A stretch of 64,000 nt of DNA from Amoebidium appalachense. Its lineage: Eukaryota > Protista > Ichthyosporea. This document shows positions 12,725-32,653 of the stretch, in pieces (the first letter of the stretch is position 1; each line of letters starts with the position of its first letter). Where the stretch lies: assembly GCA_963693365.1 (NCBI GenBank), contig CAVNZM010000019.1, forward strand, positions 1-64,000. The letters run 5' to 3'. Both the position numbers and the translations under genes were made by a program. Below the pieces are notes generated by a model, which was not told where the DNA came from, did no database searches, and saw only the letters and a program-made list of their open reading frames with translations.

Positions 12725-15700
12725 TTATGGGTAAGCAGAGGCTAGCATCGGTAGCTCCGAAAGAAAGTTAAGGCACCGGATCACAATATCATACTGTGCA
12801 GCATAAATAAGGTGATCTAGGATAGTCATCTTAAAACGGATATATTGAGGAAGAGAGGAAGAAAAGAGAATAAAACCGCCAATAACCTCCGGTTCTAATA
12901 CATTAGCTAACAGGTTGCATTTATTGATAGATATGCAGCCGCGAGTAAACCGCCCCCCACACATATTACACATACGAGCAGGAGACACCAGAAACCGATT
13001 ACACCGCCAAGCCATAATCATCTTTGCGTTTTTACACCACACCACATTACGAATAAACGAATCTATGTATGAACGAGACTCTCTAACCGTATCCGCCATA
13101 TAGGCTACTAGTAGTTGGTGTTTTTGCGGTCCTAACACCGGAAGGGACTCAACACGTAGAGTAAAAAGATATCTATCAGCCATAGACTTGAAACTATTCA
13201 TATTCACACTATGATCTAGCCGTACCTCCGGGGGGGTCGCCAGCCATTCCACAAAACGCTCGGCAATGGGCAGAGACGATGGGGAAGGGAAGAGGTAGAG
13301 GGGCGAGTCCGGTGGGGATGCGTGTAGCGGGGAGAGCGGGTGGTCCGGGGCACAAGCGGACAGGCGGGTGATGTGCTCGTGAAATTTAAGGGCTAATTCG
13401 TGTACGCGTTGTGATGGTGGTGTGAGTGCGTAGAGAGAATCAAAAAGGCGTCTAGGGATAGGTGTGGAAAGACCAGTGAGAAGCGTACAACAAGTTGTGT
13501 AGTGGAAATCATCTATTGATTTGAGGACATTAGTAACAGTATCAGGGGGTGCCATAGCTAGTAAGGGCAACCCGTATTCAGACAAAGGGCGAATATATGT
13601 GCGAAATATACTAAGACGATTGTATAGGTGGACAGTATGAGAAAGAGTAGCAAGATACACATCCCTAAATAACCGAAGACACCTGCCTGCACTCTCCACC
13701 CGACGGTCGATCATCCGTTTGAAACATATGCCCCATTCGTCCACCGGAATCCCCAAATACTTGTATTCGATTGGGCGAGGGAGGGGACTGCCGAAGATAC
13801 AAACGTCGTCCCATGCCGGTATCGATTTTGATAAAAGGGCACACTTTTTGACATTAATCTGCATATCGTTGCGCTGGCACCAATGTTCAGCCACACGAAT
13901 GTATTGCCGTAGTTCGAGAGGATCGGATGACATAAGCACAATATCGTCGGCAAAAAAGAGGGCGGGGGGAGCCTGGGATGGCAACCGCCCGTCAATTTGT
14001 GACGCAGAAAGAGTGTCGGCTAAATCATCAATATACAGGTTGAAAAGAAGAGGACTTAGCAGGGACCCTTGAAGTACCCCGCGCGTGCGGGTAAACCCTG
14101 GGGATAGCCGCCCATTAACCACAGCTCGTCCGCGTGTAAACGTAAACATAGCTTCCAGTAGCCGACCCATTTGGAATGGGACACCGCGAGTGGCCAACTT
14201 GGCCCACAGGGGAGGGAGGTCGACCGTGTCGTACGCGTTCTTAAAATCGATAAATACGAGGTGCTCGGTATCACTTTGAGTTGCATTATGTAGAGTGAGG
14301 ATTTGTGCGTAACATGAGTGTCGATGCCGAAACGCCGCCTGAAGAGGGCTCAGCTGGGAAGCCTGCTTAAGGGTGGGGTTACGGGAAAAGGCCTGTAAAA
14401 GGCCACTTTCGAATAATCGGCGAAAAACGGACGTAAGGGTGATAGGGCGAAATTCGTGGATGGGACCCTGTGCAACCGTTTTCTTGATGGGAAACACTAA
14501 GGTGGCTAGCCACTCCGAGGGCACTTTACCGACATCAGAATACCAGCTAAACAACTCGCTAAGAATACATGTAAGTGGTGGCGGCGGGCCACGCTTTTCG
14601 TCTTTCTCGGGTCGGGGTGGGATGAGTACCTTAAGTAGTGCCATAGGGATGCCGTCCGGCCCGCACGCTTTGCGGGACGGGTAACGGGAGACTAACTGCC
14701 ATACCGCATCTGGGGTAAAAAGTTCCCCCAATTCAGCCCCAAACTCAGCCGGCCCCGCTGGCCACGCCGTGTGTGGTGGTGGTGGTGTGTCGGAGGGTGG
14801 AACAAAAACAGGAGGGGGCGCCTGCCCCAGGTCCGTGGCCGTACATGTCGGGTTACGTTTAAACAGGGTGCCGTAAAAGGAATCGGTTGCAGATTCCGGG
14901 TCGGATGACGGGTCGGCCGTTATTCGAATCGAATGATCGCCGCGATCAATCTTCCGAATATTACCCAATAGCATGTGATACGGTAGAGGCTTACGTAAGG
15001 CAGCCTCCGTTCGAGGGCCGCGAGTGTGTGTAGTTCGTGCTTGTGGGTAAACTTGGGCACCTAAACAGGCATATCCACCTATGTCCCACAAGGTTTCTCG
15101 TACTGTAGACCAGACGCTATCGATGAAGGTCTGGTCGGTGCGTAGCGGGGTTTGGCGTCCATCACGCTTGTCAAGCGATAATAGACTCGGTTGCACCGTC
15201 TGGAAAAAGAAGCGAGTGTCTGCTTGGCCGCGCTGGCTTTTAAGTTCGTGTACGTTAAGTCGGTAAGTGTGTTGTGGTGACGGCGTAGAAAGGCTAAGTG
15301 TAGTGCGAAAGACTATAGGTAGGTGGTCTGACGGTGGTGGGTGTACTCAGTGTTGTGGTGTATGTGTAAGGTGCAAGGACCAGAGGCTGCCCCCCAGTCC
15401 GTGCGGTGTTCTTGTACTACAGATGGAAGAGTAAGGCGTAAGGCTGTAACAAAAGTGTGAAAGGTTGGCGTGCGTGGGTGGTTGGGTTTAAGTAGGGCCT
15501 GTGGGTGGCCGTGTAGGGGGTGTGGGGTGGTAATTAGCGGGCTATTAAAGTCTCCTAACACTAGTGTGGGGTTATGTGGGGCGATGGTGTTAAGTTCGTG
15601 TTTAAGTGCTAGCAGTGGAAGGCTAGGTGGAAAATAAACAAAAGTGCATATATGGCCACAAACTGAGATGGTGAGTGTGTGTATTGTACGTGCTATAACT

Positions 15701-15936
15701 GAACAGTGGTTAACAAAGTGGGAGGCGGCGATGAACACTATGCCGGAGTGAGGCTTGTGGCCCACAGGCTGAGTAGACTCGCCCACGAGCCGTCCAGACC
15801 GACGAAGTGTGGCGTGGTCTCGCCACCACGTTTCTGCGACAACAATAAACGGGAACTCCTGTTGGGATAACGAAAGAAGAAACTGTGCTTTACTCTTATT
15901 TAGACTACGAGCATTCCAGAAAAGAAAGGAGAGCAT
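12725..15936 (-). CDS. LINE ORF2: apurinic-like endonuclease + reverse transcriptase + C-terminal Cys motif; one frameshift at ~15316-15349
   Basis: APE motifs FWNARSL, VAETW and LGDFNS, then PSDHLPI in the RT frame. RT motifs KACGPDGIP, FRPITL, QAAFR, FIDFKNAYDTV, GVLQGSLLSPLLFNLYIDDL, FFADDIVL and YKYLGI. C-terminal CNMCG. The ATG lies 2 nt after the ORF1 stop. Confidence 0.95.
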
Positions 15937-15938
15937 GC

Positions 15939-16925
15939 TTACTGGGAGTTGGCTGGTGCGGCGGTGGGGTCGTAGGGCTTGCTGAAGACCTGCACGTGCT
16001 GAGCCTCCCAGTAGGCACGCACCTCAGCTGCTGTTTTGGCCCGGCTGTCGTGTGCCGGGTAAAGTGTGGCTGCCTTGACAGCCCATGCGTGGGCGTTGGC
16101 CATTCTTGCAAGCACCCGGCGTTGCCAAGAGGCCCGGGCAGCGGCCTCTGCGTCAGCACGGTTAAGTGTGGTGTTGTAGGGAGCCGTAGGATCGAAGTCT
16201 GCGAGAAAGGTGGCGTCGGTAGCACGTTGGATGATGTTTATGAGGGTATCACGGTAGCCGGCACGCACAATGAACACTGTGTAGCGACGGCCAATGAAGA
16301 GCATGTCGGGAATCATTCGGTTGAGGACACCGAGGGTGTAAAGACGGTCACGCATGGTGCTGATGTTGGCCGGCACCATGGTGAAGGCTGCAGTGGTCAA
16401 CTCGGACTCGTCGGTACCCTGAGGGGCAGGGTCAGACGCCACCCGAGGGCGGCGGGTTGGGTGCAGTGCTGACGCTGCGGCAAGGGCTGCCAAAGCCTGG
16501 GTAGCCCCGTGGGTCTGGGCCACCGACTCGGCATACGTTTTGACTTTCTCGGACACGTACACGGTCTTGGCGTCCACCGTAGTGCGGTACACCTTAGGAT
16601 TCGTTGTGGGTATGAACTTGGGAGACCCCGGTGGGGTGGGTAACCCATCGGGGGCTGCCTGTGCTGCAGGGGCCGGGCCCGCGTGGGCAGGGCCGGTGGG
16701 GGTTGCCCGGTCAGCTTCCAGCTGCCGTAAGCGCGTCTCCATTTGCTGAACAAGGAGGTCTGTGTGGTCCTGTTTGGCTTTATACTCAGCTACTTGGGTT
16801 GTTAAGTCGGAGACTTGGGTGCGGAGCTGCTCATGATGCGCCATAAGTTTGAGCACGGATTTCCTAGCCTTCTCGGGTATCAAGTGCAGTTGTTCTTTCG
16901 TAATAAAACTACTTGCTGGCGGCAC
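15939..16925 (-). CDS. LINE ORF1 (coiled-coil N-terminus, putative nucleic-acid chaperone)
   Basis: 328-aa frame directly upstream of ORF2, with a heptad-like segment HHEQLRTQVSDLTTQVAEYK...METRLRQLEA. The frame stays open up to the 5' junction with no upstream ATG, so the true start is uncertain. Confidence 0.85.
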   Translation of the reverse strand: MPPASSFITKEQLHLIPEKARKSVLKLMAHHEQLRTQVSDLTTQVAEYKAKQDHTDLLVQQMETRLRQLEADRATPTGPAHAGPAPAAQAAPDGLPTPPGSPKFIPTTNPKVYRTTVDAKTVYVSEKVKTYAESVAQTHGATQALAALAAASALHPTRRPRVASDPAPQGTDESELTTAAFTMVPANISTMRDRLYTLGVLNRMIPDMLFIGRRYTVFIVRAGYRDTLINIIQRATDATFLADFDPTAPYNTTLNRADAEAAARASWQRRVLARMANAHAWAVKAATLYPAHDSRAKTAAEVRAYWEAQHVQVFSKPYDPTAAPANSQ

Positions 16926-18834
16926 GGCCGGTGGCGCTTTAACCTCGGGAAAGGGAACCTGTTCCGCTCGGCTCTGTTTAGAAAAAATAAAAAAATAAAA
17001 AATAAAAAATAAAAAATTGTATCTCCACCGTATGGCATATGATGTCTATTAGATTTTGATACTGCACGTGTGAGTCTAGGTCCTTGCTTGTTATATAGAA
17101 CGCATGCCGACCAATCAAACCACGCTTGAGCGTTGCAAAATTCCTTTTTCATGATCGCGGTGCCACTCCTACCTGCCCATTCCTATTCAGTATTTAAGCT
17201 GTATTAAAGAGTAATATAATGATTTTTACCATTTATTTATACATTATATTTATTATTTGTAGATTATATGTACAATGTTGACCGTAACTACATACATGCT
17301 CCTTAGCGTCCTTTGCTTTGTCACCAATATGTGAGCCGAAAATTCCCATTTACCCGCATATTTCTTAGTTCTCGTCTATGATTGGTTCACGTAAACAAGT
17401 TCTTATCGCTTTGTTACCATCTTGCCACCCGCCGCACTGATCAGTTTCAGATGACGAGTGGCTCACACGCTGTGCAGTACAGCGGCCAACGCAGTTTGTT
17501 GCCGTTTTTCACTTTTTTACGGCTGAAAACCGGCAAAAGCGCGTCCTTCCTGTGTCGCATAAAGACAAACAACCATAGGTCAAATTTTGCACATAAGCTT
17601 GTAAGCCAATGACCTTGGGGTTTACCAAGTTTCAACTCGATCTGACATTGGGTTGTCACGCTACAGTGTCACCAATTTTCGGGTAGCACCTCAAACCAAG
17701 AAAAGGTACCATCGCTTTTGTGAGCTTTGCCAAAAAACCCAATGTCAGAATTGATTGAAAATTTACAGAATAAGAGTTTACATATATATTTAGTACGTAG
17801 CAAATTTTGGTGGAAAACTGTTAGAGACTTCTCTCTCCACAATTTCTCAAATTATATGCAAAATGTTCGGGTCGGGGACTTTTGGCCCGATTTGCCGGCC
17901 CGGCCGGGCGGGCCATCATAGCGAACCGGCCGACGTGCTCGGATCAGATTTCACATATCACTAGATCGATCTTGATTGGCTCGGATCGGTAGGCTTAGGT
18001 ATATAAGCACGACAGTTTTTAGCAGATCAGCAAGCTACAAACACATCTTCTGTGTTGAGCACCTACAGCCCTCACAGCTATATTTTCTTTTCACCCACCC
18101 ACCTACACCCACACTCAACCCCCATTGATCCACACATACGTGCTGTTTTTTCACGGGGCGAAGACTTCCCCCGTTTTTTGGGCACAAGGACCTCACGGAT
18201 CAATAAATTGATGACTGGGGGCTTGCCGTGGTTTACAACCATTGCAGGTTCACTTTCGTCCAAGGGGATGTCCCCCTAGAGGCAACACACGTCCCGGAGT
18301 AGTTTTCATAGAGCAGTGAAAAGTGAGAAATTTATTCCAGAGGCATACGTTGGAAAAACCAACCCCCCCCCCCCCCCCCCATTTTCCCGTACCATCTGTC
18401 TGCTCCCCATAACCGCTTGTGTGCAATTTCTTTTGTGCCACAAACAGGTGGCTGTGTGAGTTCATGTGCTTGTGTTTGTGTACATGCACATGTGTGTATA
18501 AGCATGTACGTATGTGTGTGTGTGTGTCTGTGTGCGCGCGGGGCGCATGTGTACCTGTTGCTTTGTGCCTTTTTTTTTCTTCGTGTGTGCGAGAGGGGGG
18601 AAGGGGGATGGGGGGAGGGGGGGAAGCAACGGTGTGATGTAGATAGACAAACACATGCTTGGACCTACACATCGACAACAGAGTTATCACAACGTTGACA
18701 GCACACACAAATTTTACGAAGGACACACACGAGAATGATAAAACACAACTAATTCCATCATCCCCCCCCCCCCCCCCCCCCCCCCCATCTCTCTCTCTCT
18801 CTCTCCAGGAGAAGGGGAGTAGAGGGAAGGAAAG

Positions 18835-19250
18835 AGGAGAGAGGTGAGGAGGGGACAGGTCGGATAGAGAAGAGAGGGTGGGAGGGCAAATACTTCTTTA
18901 AGCGGCTTATGTGCTTATTGAATTTCAGCGCGAGATGGGTTACTCTAGCAGCTATTGGGACCAGACCATATATCGAGAGCGTTACAGGCCCAGGTTTACA
19001 ACAGTTGTTAGATAGAAAGGAGGCAACTTCTGCTTCAAGAAAATTTGCCAAGGGTTTAAGCTCTCTAGTTCTCTCTTTCTTGATCCAAGCGGCAAGAAGG
19101 GGTAAACCATATTCACATGCCGGGAAGACAAAATTTCGAATAAATGTAAGTCTAATAGAAGGATGGAGGGGGCTATCATAATGGGTTGCCGTTTTCCTCG
19201 CCCCCCGACACTTTTGGAGTACTAAGGGCCCATTATCCAAACACAAGATT
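18835..19250 (-). mobile_element. Fragment of a diverged related LINE (post-RT region of ORF2)
   Basis: RLTFIRNFVFPACEYGLPLLA...RVTHLALKFNKHISRLKKYLPSHPL aligns by eye with RLSIFRTYIRPLSEYGLPLLA...RVHELALKFHEHITRLSACAPDHPL of ORF2. Confidence 0.85.
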
Positions 19251-19614
19251 GGGTTAAATTAACACCCACATAGCTCCGTCATGGTGGCTGCGCGTAGCGA
19301 CTTTGGTGTGGTTATAACTCGGGAATTGTGCTGAGTGTACAAATCACACCAAAGTAAAGCTGGCCTACGTGGCTCGAATCATCAGGCGAGCCACACTGGA
19401 TCGAATCATGAGGCGGGTCACACTGGCTAGAATCATGAGGCGGGCCACACTTGTAGACAAACAAACTTGCAAACATCATGAGGTAGGCACGCATAAACAT
19501 GCGCACACACACTCACACACATGTGCGGGGCACACTGGCACACACACGCGTGGGCACACACACACGCGCACACATACACACTGACACAATCACACAGACA
19601 CACATGTACTGTAC

Positions 19615-27787
<8,173 letters not shown>

Positions 27788-28137
27788 GTCGTCTCCATCT
27801 TCATTTCCGTCGCCGCCAGCGCCACACATGCCATCGATGCCACCTTTGAGTGGGCCTGGTAGATCGTTTTGATTGGTCGAGCCCGCATTGCTCCGCATCA
27901 TCATTGGAATGTGCACATGAGTCATTGTCATAGTACTCCTGTGGGGTCAAAGTAGCTGTTTTCGTCGTCACTAGAATTGGCGTGTTTTCTTGCAGGTATA
28001 ACACGTTTGAGAGGCCAAACAGGCGGAGTGTAAATGTGGTTATGTGTATTGCAAATAATGTTTTTAACAACGCGGGATGTATAGTAATGTAGCATATAGT
28101 GTCCGACTGGTTTAGTGTGGAATGTGTTCGCGCATAC

Positions 28138-28365
28138 CAAAGGATGCGTTGCGGCCATGATGACGGCGGTAAGGAGAAGCGAGTGGGCCAGCAGCGAAGC
28201 AGCTTCAGACGTAGCAATTTGGACAATAATGCTTCCGTAAATCCATGTCGAGGTCAGTAATAAAAGTGTGATGTAGGCAATGAAAAAAATAATGAATTCA
28301 AAGCTGGCTGCGTGTATGGTTAGATGCAGCAGCACGTTGCGCACTTTGGGACCTGCCAAAGCCAT
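28138..28365 (-). CDS. First coding exon of a small hydrophobic (putative membrane) protein; 3' part unresolved
   Basis: ATG at 28365: MALAGPKVRNVLLHLTIHAASFEFIIFFIAYITLLLLTSTWIYGSIIV...AATHPL, followed by a GTATGC donor. Preceded by a TATA box and a 95-nt 5'UTR intron. Confidence 0.5.
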
Positions 28366-28439
28366 TCCTGTGTTGGAGTAGAATGGTATGCACCTCCACC
28401 AGTGTTGAATCGTCACTGGAATGGTATGCACCTCCACCA

Positions 28440-28655
28440 GTGTTGTATCGTCACTATGTGCTGTCACGGTAGCTGCGTACGTATTTGATAATGATAAGGG
28501 GGGGTTGATGGACGGTTTTAAGCTAGCCCCAACCCGCACACTACTGAGCTCTAGTGTGTCTACTTACTTCGGCAGTGTTGCCAGCTAAGTGTTGTTGTTG
28601 ACGGCACAAGAGCCCCCCTACCATATATACCCTGGCTGCTGTAACCACTACGTTG
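28440..28655 (-). promoter_or_regulatory. Putative Pol II core promoter and 5'UTR with intron (TATA ~28623-28629; intron 28473-28567); left arm of the inverted repeat
   Basis: GGTATATATGG, then a GTAAGT...CGCAG intron. Reverse complement of 32649-32850. Confidence 0.6.
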
Positions 28656-29599
28656 GTACCCAGCCAATCAGCTCAGCTCACTTAGTCTAGTCTACCAATA
28701 GACAATAGAGGTTCAACTATCCAATCCAAATACAGATCTCTCATCTATCCCCATAGAATCGATCCTCCCCTTTTCTCACCCCCCGTACCCGCATATAATC
28801 CGCACCAATGTGCGAAATCTGGGGGTAATCGGCAGGTAAACTGGGCAGCACTTTTCGATCCGCAGGTTATCGGCGGTAGGGTAAAAACTAGACCAGCGCA
28901 CGCGACACATTGGCAGCCACCTGCGATTATCGTGCGATAAAAGGCGGCCTCGTGCGCTACATACGCGACAGGCTTATGGCCCCATTATGTTCGGAATCGG
29001 ACGATGGAATGTTGTACCGAAATTAGCCGACCAATCGAAAATGGATATTGTACAAAACGGGGGTTATGCCGAGGGCTGCCCTTGCCGACGAATGTGGCTG
29101 GTGTGCGTAATATTTTCTTTTGACTGGATTTATTCGACGTACTGAGAAGACAATAATTTATTATTCTGATAATGGAAAAATTTGTAAAGTTTACAATTTC
29201 GATGTAGGGTTACGCAATCAAACGGTTGCCGAAAGAGCCACTGAGAGGCCTCGGGTGACCCCCTTCCACCCCTGCCAGTAGTCACGCTTTGAAGACAAAA
29301 GCCAAGCGTAATGCAGCGTGGATGCACACTAAGCAAGCAAATTGATAGTCCAGGAGTGTGTTACTCATATGAAGTCAGTCTCAGATACATGTCCTTTGAC
29401 TGTTTCTCCTTATCCTTTAATTCCTTCTTGGTGTGTCACCAGGCTCCAGTCACACAGTGTCTGGCAACCGAAAGCATGCCCTTTGTTCACATTGTGTACA
29501 GATTAACAAGCGAAATATACATTTGGGGGGGCAGGGTGGAAGTGAATAAAACAATTGAATGCACCGAAAACGTGTCCAAACCATTAATCAAAGCTGTGG

Positions 29600-32500
29600 A
29601 TTAATGATAACAATAATGGTAACCACAAGGCTAATAATAACCATCCTCCTTCTGTTGCATACGCTACTGCACCTGCTAAATTTCGGGCACTGTGAATCTT
29701 GATCATCGACGAAGCATATGAACCGCTGGAGCAGATGGATTTGTCTTCATATACATATTTAAACGAATTCCTTACAGCATACCGTCAACTTTTCATAACA
29801 CCCTTGCGTATTTCCCATGCATATGCATGCTATGCACATATTATTACAACCCTAGCGTATACAATCATCAACGTAACCTTCGTACATGGAAAACCAAATT
29901 CCTGAAAACTCTTTCGTTCTGTGGAGATCAAAACGAGTCGACTAAGATTTATCAATGGCAGATAGCTCTCCATAACTATCCACACGTTCGTGCAGCTGCT
30001 CAGGGTGAAACTTTAGCTAAGGTTATAGACACTAGCATTGCTCGTTATGAAATGGACGTCACTGCTAACGCCCGTCACTATGTTCCACTCGCCCGTGGTT
30101 CAAAACCTGCACAGACACCAGCTCCGGCCCAGGCTCCCTCTTCCAATGCTATAGATCCAGGTGATGTTGCTAGTTTTGGTTGCGGTGGGTGTGGTGGGTT
30201 TGGTGGGCGTGGGCGCGGGCGGGGGCGGGTGGGACGTGGAAGTCTTGGTGGTCGTGGAGGACTGCATGGCACTAGAGAAAATGGTAGGATTACAAAGCCG
30301 CAAGACTAACAGATTAAGAAAAAGTACACAGGTTGTTGGGTGTGTGGTTCTGTAGAACATAAGGCTTATGCTTGCCCTAGCAGAAAAGGATTCAATGATG
30401 GGGTAGCAGGTGCTGGTTGTGGTAGCCAGGCAAAATAGGAATGCACGGGAGCTGATAGTAGGGCAGTTCCCGCTAGTGTCGATGGGCAGGTTGACAATAA
30501 AAGAAAGCATTCCTATGTTCAATCTCCCGACTCTACTCTCCCTTACGACTGCATGTATCATACACCACGCAAAGTGCATTGCATTGATGTTTCCCCCATT
30601 GTATCGCATGACATCGACCCACACATGTATGTTGATGTTCACATTGATAGCATGCATTACAAAACACTATGTGACAGTGGTGCTTCTCATTGTTAATAAG
30701 CGCAGCAGTATATAACCTATAGCACAAAGACGTGTTAACACTAAGACAAACAAACACACGTGTGGGCTCTGTTTAGGGTTTAGGGTTTTTTAATTATGAT
30801 TATTTTCTTTTTTTTTTATCCCGTTTCACTCCCGGCGAGGCACTGCCTCCGGGGAGCTTACCGTCTTCCGCCTAGACACAGATCGTACTGTACAGCACAC
30901 TCATAAGTCAGGATTCTGATTGACCCCAACTGGCACTATTTTTAGTTACGCCTTATCCCACGGTTCTAGCCGCAGCAACGCTAGTGGGGAAGTGAGCACA
31001 GCTCACTTTAACAACACCAGCCGGAAGCGACCCAGGACACATACACAAACATAAAGACTTGAAAGGGAAGACCCCATGCCCAGGACGCTGACCCGAACCG
31101 TGGCCGGTGACTCGGATTGGTCTCCCACTTGAACGTTGGGCCGGAATGCCCAAGCGGCGCGCCGTCGACGTCAGAAGGCCGGTGCTGTTCATGACGTCAT
31201 TGGCTTCTAGGGGGCGGCCAGACCGGTGGACCGTCGAGGCAGAACAAAAATCTGAAGTATCCAGGATCGATCCTGCGACTTTGAGCTTGACACGCAGAGA
31301 TCTTACCACTGCACTTCTGGGCTCTGTTAAACAAAATGATTCACTGAATGTGCTTGGCAAGTGTGTTATCCCTTTGTTCCTTGGAAATACAATGTATTAC
31401 TGGCCATTTTTAGTATTAGAAAATGTTCAGCACGATGCAATACTTGAAGAAAGACTTTGCAAAACAGTATATAAAAACCACTAACCATTAAAAACACTCA
31501 CTAACCACGGTTGGGGGAGAGGATATTCCAGCACAGAATCTGATGGGTCCTTCTCCTTATTCATTGTGTGCTGTGACGGTGTCAGCAGAGCAAAAGGTGA
31601 TTCCTGCGCATTCTGGTCGGAGACAATGGGCGTATATCAAAAATCCTCCAGCGCCCAGCACTATCGGTTACTTCTGGCCAGCGGAGAATCCAGATAAGTC
31701 CCCCACCATACATTTTTCTTATGTATTGATGCCTCTTGTTTATGAGATCGAAAAGAATAACGCCATGCAGATTATTGTTAATAACCACCATGATGTGGAT
31801 GTCACTTTTCCTCGTGTGATCGGATGGTTCCAGCCTATAACATCTAAATACGAAACTATTTATTCTGTCGAGGTCGATAAAGATCACTTGGACAAATTAA
31901 GCAAACAGAAGATAGATGAAGCAAACGCGCTGACCACTGAAAATCCTGATAGGATAGCACGCGCTAAGGCATTTTTTAGGAACACATACAGGGGTGCAAG
32001 AGAGAGAGCTCGCCAATCACTGTCTTGCATTCAAGGTGTGTGGGAGCGCACTTACCAGAATGTTAATACAAGTACCACTGAATCTGTCGTGCCTCAGTGG
32101 TGGTGAAGGAGTCCATGCTGTAGGTAGCTCGGGGGAGAGCATTGGCGATTAGCATGAAATTCCAAAGGGTATAGGTGATACACAAAAGCAGACACCAACC
32201 CCCAGCGCTTCGATTCCGGCATGTTTCGATTGGTCATTGGTTCCCCCTAGAATGCACGTTAAGGTAGAAGACTTACTTGAGAAACATGCTACCTGCTTCG
32301 TTTCAGGTGACCCAGATGAGTTTAGTCAGATAAAAGGCTTTGAGATAGAGATCGACACTGGAGACAGTCCACCGGTGTATATAAAACAATGGCGTTTAGA
32401 ACAAATCAAAGAGGAGGCGGCAAAGAAAATCGCAGAGAAAATGGTCAGGAAAGGACAAATAGAACCAACACTGTCAGCATGGTGTCACCCAATTTTTCGG

Positions 32501-32653
32501 ATAAAGAAATCCAATGGTGATTGGCAATTTATATCAGACCTACGAAAATTAATTCAGGTGACCGTGAAGAAACAGTGGCCGATGCCCAACATCCAGGAAT
32601 TAATAGATAAAATGGGTAGATGTACGGTGTTAGCCAAGACAGATTTGTCAACG
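29600..32653 (+). mobile_element. Degenerate Ty3/Gypsy internal region (gag, Zn knuckle, aspartic protease, truncated RT); no LTRs found
   Basis: CWVCGSVEHKAYAC (CX2CX4HX4C) at 30334-30375. MYVDVHIDSMHYKTLCDSGASHC with DSG at 30673-30681. RT N-terminus EIDTGDSPPVYIKQWRL...WCHPIFRIKKSNGDWQFISDLRKL...PMPNIQELID...KTDL. Several stops and frameshifts. Confidence 0.92.
30774..31317 (-). mobile_element. tRNA(Asp-like)-derived SINE, 544 bp, with an 11-bp TSD, inserted in the Gypsy protease
   Basis: TSD TGGGCTCTGTT at 30763-30773 and 31318-31328. Head GTGCAGTGGTAAGATCTCTGCGTGTCAAGC...GGATCGATCC has A-box, GTC anticodon-like and B-box-like parts. Tail AAAAAACCCTAAACCCTA. Removing it restores TRVGSVKQNDSLNVLGK. 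Confidence 0.85.

Larger units (their letters stand above)
12563..16981 (-). mobile_element. Non-LTR retrotransposon (LINE: ORF1 + APE-RT ORF2), probably slightly 5'-truncated, ending in oligo(C)
   Basis: Boundaries set by comparison with the empty-site paralog at 11096-11612. The 3' end reads AATAAAAAGTGTGTAAACCCCC on the minus strand. No clear target-site duplication (TSD). Confidence 0.95.

Noticed and set aside
15316-15349. Programmed ribosomal frameshift in ORF2
   Set aside because: No X XXY YYZ slippery site, and a shift inside the endonuclease domain is more simply a 1-nt deletion.
11096-17060. LTR pair or TRIM
   Set aside because: The direct repeats lack TG...CA ends, a primer-binding site, a polypurine tract and a TSD; better read as a local duplication later hit by a LINE.
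17560-18000. DNA transposon end (14-bp inverted motifs at ~17641 and ~17736, GC-rich near-palindrome at ~17894-17915)
   Set aside because: No terminal repeats, TSD or transposase could be defined.
30771-30790. Telomere or chromosome-healing site
   Set aside because: Only two TTTAGGG units, forming the tail of a TSD-bounded insertion.
31250-31317. Functional tRNA-Asp gene
   Set aside because: The 5' acceptor region is shortened and the anticodon stem pairs poorly; treated as a SINE head.
30953-31360. 135-aa minus-strand ORF
   Set aside because: It crosses the SINE boundary, runs through the tRNA-like head and has no recognisable motif.
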